This document shows positions 8,578 through 19,244 of a DNA stretch of 32,589 nucleotides, piece after piece (the stretch's first letter is position 1; every line of letters begins with the position of its first letter). Both the position numbers and the translations under genes were made by a program. Under the pieces are notes generated by a model. It was not told where the DNA came from, ran no database searches, and was given only the letters and a program-made list of their open reading frames with translations. The stretch is from Vulcanimicrobiales bacterium (GTDB lineage: Bacteria > Vulcanimicrobiota > Vulcanimicrobiia > Vulcanimicrobiales > Vulcanimicrobiaceae): assembly GCA_038231455.1 (NCBI GenBank), contig JBBRLI010000031.1, positions 1-32,589 on the forward strand, in the 5' to 3' direction.

Positions 8578-8884
8578 GCGCAGAGCCACGCGTACAACGG
8601 CGGCGCGATCGAGGAAAGTGACTCGTCCATGCCAGCTGACTTCAACAGCAAAACGTCGTGAACTTCAACGCACGCCGATTGTCAGAGAAATGTTCGTTTC
8701 GATCTGCAAGTCCGAGGAGTCATTGTCTCACGCGTGGCGCGCGCGCAGCGCACGTGGGGAGCGGGTCGCAAGCGTTTGCCTCTCGTGTCCACTCGGCACG
8801 CGGCATGAGCGGCCGAACGACAACAGCGGCGGCCCGGGATGCATTTCATCAACACCTGCCGCCCAATGGCCCGGAGCGGGCCGA

Positions 8885-9310
8885 CGCCTCGTGTGTCGGG
8901 AGCCGTTTAGCGAGCACTCGCTGCGGGCAGAGTTTCGAGGATACTGTTCGCACGGAGGGGGTCCTATGGAGCAAATTCTCGCCTGTCCCGTTTGCATTCA
9001 CACGATTGGCGTTCATTCCGCCGACGGCTGCCAGCAGTCGCGCAGCAGCCAGCCTTGTACGTGCTCCATGAATGCCTCAGACGTTGTCGAGGCCACCCTT
9101 CGGCTCGACGACGCCAAGCACGCAACGGCAGTCGCAGAACCGTTCCGTCTGCGCACCTTCTAGGCCATCGCGATGGTCGTGCCCGGTAGCTACGCGGAGA
9201 CGAGCGACCCGCGCTCTGCCCGCCACACATGTCTGGTCTCGGACGATCCGTTGGCCATTCGACGAAATAAGCGCCAATAAGAGTCGACCCCGCATCAAAG
9301 GGCGGCCCGA
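8885..9310 (+). repeat. Long copy of a dispersed direct repeat (four collinear blocks shared with 11591-11731)
   Basis: Blocks 8885-8914, 8981-8994, 9055-9084 and 9239-9310 match 11591-11620, 11621-11634, 11632-11661 and 11661-11731. Confidence 0.85.
8966..9163 (+). CDS. 65-aa Cys/His-rich microprotein, putative metal-binding
   Basis: GGAGGGGG RBS before ATG 8966; MEQILACPVCIHTIGVHSADGCQQSRSSQPCTC… = C-x2-C-x-H-x4-H-x4-C-x8-C-x-C. Confidence 0.6.
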   Translation: MEQILACPVCIHTIGVHSADGCQQSRSSQPCTCSMNASDVVEATLRLDDAKHATAVAEPFRLRTF

Positions 9311-9638
9311 GGAATCGATTACCGTTCGCCCGGACTATGGGTTTGCCGACAACGGCGACGTCACGAATAGCGGCCCGCCGACCGGAATGCAAACCGTACT
9401 ACTCGCGCAAAGCGCTGCAGGACGTTTGAAACATCCGAATTCTCTGTTCGGCGAACCCTTCCGGATTACGCTCGTCGCCGCTGAACCCGCTACGGCGCCG
9501 TATAACCTCGCTTTGCTGGCTCTTAGGCAAGGGAGCGGGCGAACGAAATGAATCGTCCGTGCGTCCCAGAACGTACGTTGCCCCAGCCCGCAAGCCGGGC
9601 GGGCACTGGTGGAAATTTCTTTAGAGAGAAGGCAACAA

Positions 9639-11180
9639 ATGGCTTCCGTTCTCGAGCACCAGACCTTGTTCGATCTCACCACGCTCGGCATCACGAATCC
9701 GTTCAAGCGTCGGTATGACAATTTCATCGGCGGCCGATTCGTGCCGCCGGTTCGCGGCCAATACTTTCTCAACGAAAGCCCGGTCGTCGGCCAGCCGTTC
9801 ACCGAAATCGCGCGCTCGACCGCAGAAGATGTCGAACTCGCGCTCGATGCCGCCCACAAGGCGCGCGTCGCGTGGGGCCGCACGCCTGCCGCCGAGCGCG
9901 CGCTTATCCTCAACAAAATCGCCGATCGCATGGAAGCAAACCTGCACGTGCTGGCGCTAGCCGAGACGATCGATAACGGCAAGCCGATTCGCGAAACGAC
10001 GGCGGCCGATCTACCGCTCGCGATCGATCATTTCCGTTATTTCGCGGGCGCGATCCGCGCGCAAGAAGGCGGCATATCCGAGATCGATGGCGACATGGTC
10101 GCCTATCACTTCCAAGAACCGCTCGGCGTCGTCGGCCAGATCATCCCGTGGAACTTCCCGATTCTGATGGCGGTGTGGAAGCTTGCGCCGGCGCTAGCGG
10201 CCGGCAACTGCGTCGTGATCAAACCGGCGGAGCAGACGCCGGCCTCGATCATGGTGCTCATGGAGATGATCGCCGATCTCTTGCCGCCGGGTGTCTTGAA
10301 CGTCGTCGAAGGCTTTGGCCTCGAAGCCGGCAAGCCGCTCGCGTCGAGCCGCCGCATCGCGAAGATCGCGTTCACCGGCGAGACGACGACGGGCCGGCTG
10401 ATCATGCAGTACGCCTCGCAGAACCTCATTCCGGTAACGCTCGAACTCGGCGGCAAATCTCCGAACGTCTTCTTCGCCGACGTAGCCGCGCACGACGACG
10501 ATTTCTTCGACAAAGCCATTGAAGGTTTCGTAATGTTCGCCCTCAACCAAGGCGAGGTGTGCACGTGCCCGTCGCGCGCGCTCATCGACGAATCGATCTA
10601 CGACCGCTTCATGGAGAAGGCGCTCGCGCGTGTCAAAGCCGTGAAGCAAGGCAATCCGCTTGACCCCGCGACGATGATCGGCGCGCAAGCCTCGAGCGAA
10701 CAGCTCGAAAAAATTCTCTCGTATTTCGATATCGGCCGCAAAGAAGGCGCCGAAGTGCTGATCGGCGGTTCGCGCAACGTGCTCGACGGCGCGTTCAAAG
10801 ACGGCTATTACGTGCACCCGACGGTGTTCAAGGGGAACAACGCCATGCGCGTGTTCCAGGAAGAAATTTTCGGGCCCGTCGTCTCGGTGACGACGTTCAA
10901 GAACGAAGAAGACGCGCTAAACATCGCCAACGATACGCTCTACGGCCTCGGCGCCGGCGTCTGGTCGCGCGATGCCAACACGTGCTACCGCATGGGCCGC
11001 GGCATTCAGGCCGGCCGCGTGTGGATCAACAACTACCACGCCTATCCCGCGCACGCGGCGTTCGGCGGCTACAAGCAGTCGGGCATCGGCCGAGAGAACC
11101 ACAAAATGATGCTCGACCATTACCAACAAACGAAAAACATGCTCGTCAGCTACAGCAGTTCGAAACTCGGCTTTTTCTAA
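9639..11180 (+). CDS. aldB: NAD-dependent aldehyde dehydrogenase, AldB/AcoD/ExaC type
   Basis: [69 protein letters not shown] before ATG 9639. Confidence 0.95.
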   Translation: MASVLEHQTLFDLTTLGITNPFKRRYDNFIGGRFVPPVRGQYFLNESPVVGQPFTEIARSTAEDVELALDAAHKARVAWGRTPAAERALILNKIADRMEANLHVLALAETIDNGKPIRETTAADLPLAIDHFRYFAGAIRAQEGGISEIDGDMVAYHFQEPLGVVGQIIPWNFPILMAVWKLAPALAAGNCVVIKPAEQTPASIMVLMEMIADLLPPGVLNVVEGFGLEAGKPLASSRRIAKIAFTGETTTGRLIMQYASQNLIPVTLELGGKSPNVFFADVAAHDDDFFDKAIEGFVMFALNQGEVCTCPSRALIDESIYDRFMEKALARVKAVKQGNPLDPATMIGAQASSEQLEKILSYFDIGRKEGAEVLIGGSRNVLDGAFKDGYYVHPTVFKGNNAMRVFQEEIFGPVVSVTTFKNEEDALNIANDTLYGLGAGVWSRDANTCYRMGRGIQAGRVWINNYHAYPAHAAFGGYKQSGIGRENHKMMLDHYQQTKNMLVSYSSSKLGFF

Positions 11181-11184
11181 AGCC

Positions 11185-11568
11185 ATGTCGACAGACGGCG
11201 CGGTGCGCGTTTCGGCGACGAGCGCCGCGGTCGAACTTATCGAGCGGCTCCGTGCCAAGCACGGGCCGCTCATGTTCCATCAGTCGGGCGGTTGCTGCGA
11301 CGGCAGCAGCCCAATGTGTTATCCGATCGGCGATTTCTATCTCGGCGCGGCCGACGTCCAGCTCGGCGAGATCGCAGGAGCGCCGTTTTACATGAGTGCG
11401 GCGCAGTTCGACTACTGGCAGCATACGAAACTCATCATCGATGTCGTGCCCGGGCGCGGCGGGATGTTCTCGCTCGAAAACTCGGAAGGCGTGCGGTTCC
11501 TAACGCGTAGCGACGTCTTCACCGACGCCGAGTACGCTGCGCTTGCGCCGGTCCAACACTGCGGTTGA
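11185..11568 (+). CDS. DUF779 family protein
   Basis: HGPLMFHQSGGCCDGSSPMCYP and DVVPGRGGMFSLE motifs; usual position after aldB. Confidence 0.92.
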   Translation: MSTDGAVRVSATSAAVELIERLRAKHGPLMFHQSGGCCDGSSPMCYPIGDFYLGAADVQLGEIAGAPFYMSAAQFDYWQHTKLIIDVVPGRGGMFSLENSEGVRFLTRSDVFTDAEYAALAPVQHCG

Positions 11569-11590
11569 TTTGCCCCTTGCTCGAAGCGGC

Positions 11591-11731
11591 CGCCTCGTGC
11601 TTCGAGGGCCGGCTAGCGAGGCTTGTCCCGTTTGTACATGCTCTATGAATGCCTCAGACGTCGGACGATCCGTTGGCCATTCGACGAAGCAAGCTCCATT
11701 AAGAGTCGACCGATATCAAAGGGCGGGCCGA
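11591..11731 (+). pseudogene. Deleted, degenerate second copy of the microprotein locus (8885-9310)
   Basis: Encodes ACPVC fused directly to TCSMNASDV and lacks the RBS/ATG; block identities 24/30, 13/14, 28/30 and a 28-bp exact match. Confidence 0.75.
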
Positions 11732-11755
11732 ACCGGCGGGGCGAACGCACCCGGA

Positions 11756-12484
11756 ATGACCCGACTCCCGCTCCTCACAGCGGCGGCCATCGTCGTATTT
11801 CCCGCCGTCCTTGCGACCGCGGGTCCCATACATGCCGCCACGACCGCCGGCTCCGAACCGATCGCCGCCTATGCGAGCGTCCTGCGGACGATCAACCCGA
11901 AGCTTCAGATCGGCGAGAGTCGCGCCTACGCCCGCGAAGTGCTCGCGAACGCCCGGCGCACGAAACTCGACCCGCGCATGATCATGGCGATCGTGACGGT
12001 TGAGTCGCACTGGAAAAAAGACGCGCTCTCCCGCGTCGGAGCCCGGGGCCTGGGCCAGTTGATGCCCAATACGGCGGCCGAGCTCGGCGTCGATCCGCGC
12101 AATCCCAACCAAAATCTGGCCGGAACATCGAGCTACCTGCGCTTTTTGCTCGACCGTTTCCGCTCCGCCGCCGATCCGGCGCGCTTTGCCATCGGCGCCT
12201 ATAACGCCGGGCCGAACGCTGTGTCGCGCGCCAACGGTATCCCGCACATCGCCGAGACGCAAACTTACGTCAAGCGCGTCCTACGCGTTTGGGAAAATCT
12301 CAACTCGCGCATCGCCCGCGTCTTCACGCTGCCGCGGAGCGAGCCCGTAAAAAAGCTGGCCTCAGCCGCCCGAACCGCAGACGGCGCCTACTGGCACCTC
12401 GATGCACCGACACCGCTCAAAGCCGCGCCCGAAGCCGCAGTCCCAGTCGCCACGCCCGACCCGTCCGCCGACGATCAGCTCTAG
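11756..12484 (+). CDS. Lytic transglycosylase (SLT domain), secreted
   Basis: Signal peptide from ATG 11756 (MTRLPLLTAAAIVVF); IVTVES (catalytic Glu), GARGLGQLMP, AYNAGP, ETQTYV. Confidence 0.9.
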   Translation: MTRLPLLTAAAIVVFPAVLATAGPIHAATTAGSEPIAAYASVLRTINPKLQIGESRAYAREVLANARRTKLDPRMIMAIVTVESHWKKDALSRVGARGLGQLMPNTAAELGVDPRNPNQNLAGTSSYLRFLLDRFRSAADPARFAIGAYNAGPNAVSRANGIPHIAETQTYVKRVLRVWENLNSRIARVFTLPRSEPVKKLASAARTADGAYWHLDAPTPLKAAPEAAVPVATPDPSADDQL

Positions 12485-12553
12485 TCGGGTTCAAAGCTGA
12501 CTTTTAACGTAATCATGAAGGCGAGCAGGGGAGCTTGCAAAAATGAGGACTTC

Positions 12554-12922
12554 ATGAGAATGCGCTGGGAGCGAGTGATTGCACTCACGTTCCTGACCGC
12601 CGCCGCCTCGATGCCGGTACTCGCCACGGCGAGCCCCGTTCCGAGCGTACCGGACCGCGTTCCCACCATCATCAATTCAGATATTCGGCAAATGGTCGAC
12701 CGCGCGATCGGCAACCAGCGTCCCGCGGGCGCGACCTATGCCAATCGCCGGGGCGAGATCGTCAGCCCGCATACCGCCGGTGTAAGCGGCGTTCCGCGCG
12801 TACACTTCACGTTGCTCGGTTCGAGCTTCATCGCATCCGCGATCAACAAGCGCCTCCGCGGCGTCTTCGGCCAGCACGACGCGACCAAAACCTCGAGGCT
12901 CACACCCACCAACCAGCGGTAA
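12554..12922 (+). CDS. Hypothetical secreted protein
   Basis: GAGGA RBS before ATG 12554; signal-peptide-like MRMRWERVIALTFLTAAASMPVLATA; fills the gap between genes. Confidence 0.55.
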   Translation: MRMRWERVIALTFLTAAASMPVLATASPVPSVPDRVPTIINSDIRQMVDRAIGNQRPAGATYANRRGEIVSPHTAGVSGVPRVHFTLLGSSFIASAINKRLRGVFGQHDATKTSRLTPTNQR

Positions 12923-12934
12923 ATCGCTGCGCTG

Positions 12935-14491
12935 CTAGTCGAGCGCGATAACTCTTCGCACGGGGAACATCGTGCCGACACGTGCCTCGTCGAAGAAGTT
13001 CCAGGTGACGAGCCCGTCGCCGCTTTCCGGTTCCAGCAATCGCAGTGCAACGAGGCCCAGCGGCTGCGACGTGCGCACGATCAGCGTGCCCGCCGGTAGC
13101 GACGTGACGGCGGCGCTCCACCCTCCGTCAAGCTCGAGGGTGTGGTGACCCTGAAACGCACTCGGCGCGAACGTTCGTGCGGTTATCGAAAACGATTCGA
13201 CCGTCGCGGTATGTGCAGTCATCGTTGACTCGATCGCAATGCCGTGAGAGCGCAGATTATCGAGCACCGCTGCCGGAACGCGGTCGAGTGCGTATGCACG
13301 CGGGAGCGGACGCGAGAGGATCGCTTCGTACGCGCGCACGACCGGCATGGTTTGTGATTCGAAGCGACGCGTGCGTTTGATCCCAAGCGGCAGGCCCGCC
13401 TCGAGTCGGACGCCGGCCGCTCCCGCTTCTAGTCGTTCGACGAGCACGGGTAGCCGCGGCGGATGCGAATCCAACTGCGCGCGTAGCGGAACCGACGGCG
13501 GCGGCGCGCTCGCGGCGAGTGCGGCGTCCGCGCGCCGACCCAGTTCAAGGATTTCGTTTGCGTGCGCGCCGCTATAGGTGAGGATTTCTTCGACGAACGC
13601 GCGCGTTGCCGCAACGCGCGTTTGAAAATCATCGTGCGAGAACGCCTCGCTCAAAATCGAAACGCGCCCGCGCAACCCAAAATAGTTCGTGCCGAAACGC
13701 GGTCGCCAATCGTAGGTGAACCAGCCGGGTTTGGGATAGTGCAAGAGATCGTCATCGAATGTCTGGCTGAAGTTACCATAGTCGAAGGTCTCAAAGTGAT
13801 GCGCGCTTCGCATGCGCTCGCGGATCGCGGGCAACATGACGTCGGCCGCGTAGCGTCCGCCGAACGTCGCGGCCGGGTCGAGCGAGGGCGAATAGGTCAG
13901 GGCGTAACCGTGATAGCTGCCGTCGCTCGTATGCAGATCGACGAACACATCGGGATTCCAGCGCGCGAACGCGGCGAGTGAGGCTCGCGTCTCGGGGGCC
14001 TCGGCTTTGAGATAGTCGCGATTGAGATCGAGGCCCATACCGTTTGGACGTCGACCGACTTGCTCGGGCCCGTTCTGCTCGGCGCGGTTGACGCTCTGCG
14101 ATTTGAACGCTTCGTTCCCATCGGCATTGTAGATCGGCACGACGATGAGAACGACACGGTCCAGGACGTTTGCATCCGAGTTCGCGCTCAGATCGCGAGC
14201 CAGCGCAAGAACGGCTTCTTTGCCTTCGACTTCGCCCGCATGAATGTTGGCCTGCACGTAGACGATGGGTCGACCGAGCGCACGCGCTTCGGCGGGCGTC
14301 GTGACGCGCGGATGCGAGAGCACGAGAAGCGGAAGTGCACGACCTTGGCTCGATATACCAAGTATCTCGACATGCACGGTCGCACGTTCGACGAGCGCAT
14401 CGACGAACGCCATCACGTCGGCATACGTCGACGTCTCTACATACTGCGTGCGTTCCGCACGTGTTTGCGGTTGCTTCACACCGACTCCCAA
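12935..14491 (-). CDS. M14 family zinc carboxypeptidase-like protein
   Basis: NIHAGEVEGKE (HxxE), PIYNADGNE, DLNRD, FVDLHTSDG; true start probably upstream (see finding at 14492-14539). Confidence 0.88.
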   Translation of the reverse strand: MGVGVKQPQTRAERTQYVETSTYADVMAFVDALVERATVHVEILGISSQGRALPLLVLSHPRVTTPAEARALGRPIVYVQANIHAGEVEGKEAVLALARDLSANSDANVLDRVVLIVVPIYNADGNEAFKSQSVNRAEQNGPEQVGRRPNGMGLDLNRDYLKAEAPETRASLAAFARWNPDVFVDLHTSDGSYHGYALTYSPSLDPAATFGGRYAADVMLPAIRERMRSAHHFETFDYGNFSQTFDDDLLHYPKPGWFTYDWRPRFGTNYFGLRGRVSILSEAFSHDDFQTRVAATRAFVEEILTYSGAHANEILELGRRADAALAASAPPPSVPLRAQLDSHPPRLPVLVERLEAGAAGVRLEAGLPLGIKRTRRFESQTMPVVRAYEAILSRPLPRAYALDRVPAAVLDNLRSHGIAIESTMTAHTATVESFSITARTFAPSAFQGHHTLELDGGWSAAVTSLPAGTLIVRTSQPLGLVALRLLEPESGDGLVTWNFFDEARVGTMFPVRRVIALD

Positions 14492-14526
14492 AACGGCTGC
14501 GAGCAGTGCGAGCGCAGCCGCGCGCG

Positions 14527-15504
14527 CTAGCGAGCGGATGGGCTCGCGGAGGCGCTCGGCACGTTCGGGGCGCTCGGTGAACTGGGTGCACTAGGCGCAC
14601 TCACCGGCGCGATCGATCCGGCGCTCGGCATCGCCGTGCCCTTTGCGGCGGGCGAACCGGACGCGGTCGCACTCGGCGAAGGCGATGCGGGGATCGGTGT
14701 TGAGGCATACACCGCGAAGACGTACATCTTGTTCGCGAGGAGTTTCAGATCGGCTGCGGTGGGTTGGAACGCGACGTGGATCGGTTCCGCCGTCGGCGCT
14801 GCGGTCGCGACGGGTAACGCGCTACCGCTCGGCTTCGGTGAAGGCTTCGGTGTTGCGGTCGGCAACGTGCTCGTCGGCATCGTCGTGGGTGCTGCGGTCG
14901 CAAGATCGAGTTCCGCTGCAGCCAGTCGATAGTAATGCACTTTTTCGCTCGGATCGAAAAGCGCGAGTCCGAACTGCGGATTTTTCCCGAGCGCCGCAAC
15001 CTCCGCTGCGGGCACGTCGAACGCAAAGCGCGGATACTGATCGAGCGTGATGTCTTTGGTCGCCTGCAGCGACACGAAGAGCAGGGGTTTGGGATACGGA
15101 CCTTTGGCTTTGGTTTTCTTCTTGCCGTTTTGCAGTTCGTCGAATTGCGGTCCGCCGTCAGGCGCGACCAGCGACGATGTCACCGAGATCGTAATCGGCG
15201 ACGACGACGGTGCGGGCGTCGGCGCGTGAAACGCAATGGTGCCGCCGATGCCGCCGATTGCGGGGAGCGGTTGCACGCCCGATGTGTACGTCACGGCAGC
15301 GCTTGCGGCTTTGGGCGATGCGGATGCTGCCGGCTGCGTCACTTGCGCGATCGCGTTCTGCGCTGAGCCGGGAAGCGGAGGCAGCGAGGTCTGCCCGCCG
15401 CCGCCGATATTACCGGAGCAGGCAGCGATAGCGGCACAAAAGCCGAGAGCGATCAAAAGTACCGAGCGCGTCTTCACCAAAAACCGCTTACGCGCGCGGC
15501 GCAC
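14527..15504 (-). CDS. Pro/Ser/Ala-rich hypothetical lipoprotein
   Basis: Hydrophobic leader ending in lipobox IAAC followed by SG; low-complexity PSA linkers; directly follows thiC stop. Confidence 0.75.
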   Translation of the reverse strand: MRRARKRFLVKTRSVLLIALGFCAAIAACSGNIGGGGQTSLPPLPGSAQNAIAQVTQPAASASPKAASAAVTYTSGVQPLPAIGGIGGTIAFHAPTPAPSSSPITISVTSSLVAPDGGPQFDELQNGKKKTKAKGPYPKPLLFVSLQATKDITLDQYPRFAFDVPAAEVAALGKNPQFGLALFDPSEKVHYYRLAAAELDLATAAPTTMPTSTLPTATPKPSPKPSGSALPVATAAPTAEPIHVAFQPTAADLKLLANKMYVFAVYASTPIPASPSPSATASGSPAAKGTAMPSAGSIAPVSAPSAPSSPSAPNVPSASASPSAR

Positions 15505-17403
<1,899 letters not shown>

Positions 17404-17508
17404 CTAGAGCCTACGCCCCAAGCAAGAGAAAGTCAAATAAGCCAGCCAGCGAGTCGCAAAGCGACAAGCATCCACAAACGGTCCCAGGCGAACCAACGAT
17501 CGTGCCAG

Positions 17509-17653
17509 GGCGCGGGTGGGAGTGTGGTGACGTCGGGGCCGTGTGAGCTTTTTGCGAAGGCAGGATGCCGAGAGCAAAAAGTCACCGAGTAGAAAATTGA
17601 CATGGATGTCGATTTTCAGACGTCCCCACCGGCACCACACCCCCACCCGCGCC
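17509..17653. repeat. 145-bp nested palindromic element: 34-bp terminal inverted repeats enclosing two hairpins
   Basis: 17509-17542 versus reverse complement of 17620-17653 = 29/34; hairpins at 17543-17585 (tip GGCAGGATGCC) and 17592-17617 (GAAAATTGACAT-GG-ATGTCGATTTTC). Confidence 0.85.
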
Positions 17654-17722
17654 AAGCCACAATCCAAGAAAAATCGCCCGGCCAACCGGCCATGCGATCG
17701 AGAAAACGGCAACTGGCGGACG

Positions 17723-19183
17723 TTACTTATCATCATCGACGGAACGCGTAGAGACCAGATTCTTGTAGTACTCGAGATTATACGACTGCCCATTGTAGTT
17801 CTGAAGCGGCGAACGAACCGATTGCACCGATCGCGCGTTGCTCGAAGTCTGCGTCACGAACCCAAACGCCGCCGGAATCGGCTTGCGGTTGTAGTCGAAC
17901 ATCGAACTCAGGTCATCGGCGACCGCATCGCGCTGCCCAAGCGAACCAAGGCCCCAATTCTTCTCGATGTAATGGATGATCGAACCGAAGTCGTGCTGCG
18001 TGTGATCGACGAACGGCAGCGGCGGCGTCCCGGAGCCCTTCGTGTAGGGTGAAATCACGAGCAGCGGGACGCGGAAGCCCAGCGGAAGTCCGGCGGCATC
18101 GAGCGGCGGTGCAACGTGGTCGTACCAGCCCCCGGAGTCATCCCACGTCACGAGAATCGCGGTGTTGTTGTAGTACGGCGATTCGGCAACGTATTGGTAG
18201 ATCGTGCCGACCCATCCGGGTCCGGAGGCGTTGAACGTCCCGGCATGATCCGATGCGAGCGCCGGAGGCGTGATGTACGAGACGCTCGGCAGCGTGCGGT
18301 TCTTGATGTCGGTGAAAAAATCGAACGGCGAGGTCGAGACGTTCTTGTTCCAATCGGCGCCGTAGCGAATGTGTTTGACGGCATCGTACGCGCTGATACC
18401 ACCGTCGGCCGTGCCGACTTTCCCGGTATAATATTTCCACGAGACGTTTTTTGCATCGAGCAAATCGCCGAGGGTTTGATAGTCGTAGCACGGTGGTCCA
18501 CCCGGCGTGCCGAGCGTTTCGGTTCCGGCAACGAAGGACGGCGCCGTCGCACCGGCCGATGAGTCGCAGCCCCAAATCGTCGGGTTCGATGTGTCGCTCG
18601 GATTGTTGCCGGCGATCGTCTGCGCAGCGATGAGCGATTGATGCCCGGGGAACGACGGCACTTGTTTTGATGCGAACATGTTGTCCGCGACGCCGTAAAT
18701 CGATGCGAGTAAGAAGTACGGGACGGTTTCGTTCGGGGGTACGAAGCCGAGTGCGACGCCGCCGGGTGGCTTGGGAGCAAGTGCAGGGTTGTAATCGATC
18801 TGATCTTGATCGAAACCGTTCATGGCGCCGGCGTTGTATTCTTTTTGCAGATTTTCGTGCGTGTGGCTCGGATCGTACGGCGCCTCGAAGGGCACCGGCG
18901 CGAGTGGCACGGTCGTTCCGGCCGACGTCATCGCAGTCTTGGTGACGTTGGCACCGGGATACCCGTAAAAGAGATTATCCATCGTGCGATTTTCTTGAAT
19001 CACCACGATGACGTGTTGGATCGGACTGCCCGCGACGGGCGCTGCCGTCGGGATTCCGCCGACGGTCGAGGTCGGGCCGGGTGCGGGTAGCGGCGAGGAT
19101 GACGATCCTCCGCTACAGCCGACGATGGTCAGGGCGGCGAACGTCAAAAGCGACGCGCGCAGGAAATGCTCGTTCTTCACCAC
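17723..19183 (-). CDS. Phosphoesterase family (phospholipase C / AcpA-like) lipoprotein
   Basis: Lipobox IVGC; IQHVIVVIQENRTMDNLF, PSFPGHQ, SDHAG, TWDDSGGWYDHV.PP, GFRVPLLVISPY. Confidence 0.9.
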   Translation of the reverse strand: MVKNEHFLRASLLTFAALTIVGCSGGSSSSPLPAPGPTSTVGGIPTAAPVAGSPIQHVIVVIQENRTMDNLFYGYPGANVTKTAMTSAGTTVPLAPVPFEAPYDPSHTHENLQKEYNAGAMNGFDQDQIDYNPALAPKPPGGVALGFVPPNETVPYFLLASIYGVADNMFASKQVPSFPGHQSLIAAQTIAGNNPSDTSNPTIWGCDSSAGATAPSFVAGTETLGTPGGPPCYDYQTLGDLLDAKNVSWKYYTGKVGTADGGISAYDAVKHIRYGADWNKNVSTSPFDFFTDIKNRTLPSVSYITPPALASDHAGTFNASGPGWVGTIYQYVAESPYYNNTAILVTWDDSGGWYDHVAPPLDAAGLPLGFRVPLLVISPYTKGSGTPPLPFVDHTQHDFGSIIHYIEKNWGLGSLGQRDAVADDLSSMFDYNRKPIPAAFGFVTQTSSNARSVQSVRSPLQNYNGQSYNLEYYKNLVSTRSVDDDK

Positions 19184-19199
19184 ATCGTGGTACGCATTG

Positions 19200-19211
19200 C
19201 AACTTAAGTTG
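19200..19211. promoter_or_regulatory. Perfect 12-bp palindrome CAACTTAAGTTG in a divergent promoter; candidate operator
   Basis: Self-complementary AT-rich 12-mer in the 61-bp gap between divergent genes. Confidence 0.35.
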
Positions 19212-19244
19212 GAGTTATGATCTGATTATTCGGCCCTTAACATC

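Noticed and set aside
6997-8589. Annotation as histidine ammonia-lyase (hutH)
   Set aside because: Has His-Leu and NQDVV instead of the HAL Ser-His and QEDHV signatures; no hutU/I/G neighbours
9164-9600. Possible pseudogene or PYP/Cache-domain remnant (ORFs 9072-9551 +, 8964-9392 -)
   Set aside because: Only vague resemblance by eye, with no diagnostic motif or RBS; needs a translated HMM search
9639-11180. aldB as a retinal- or coumarate-pathway dehydrogenase
   Set aside because: Sequence and DUF779 pairing are those of the ordinary acetaldehyde dehydrogenase module; opposite strand to the rhodopsin/tal genes
14527-14900. Short repeats in the lipoprotein 3' end as a tandem or CRISPR-like array
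   Set aside because: Explained by Pro/Ser/Ala low-complexity coding; no constant repeat-spacer period
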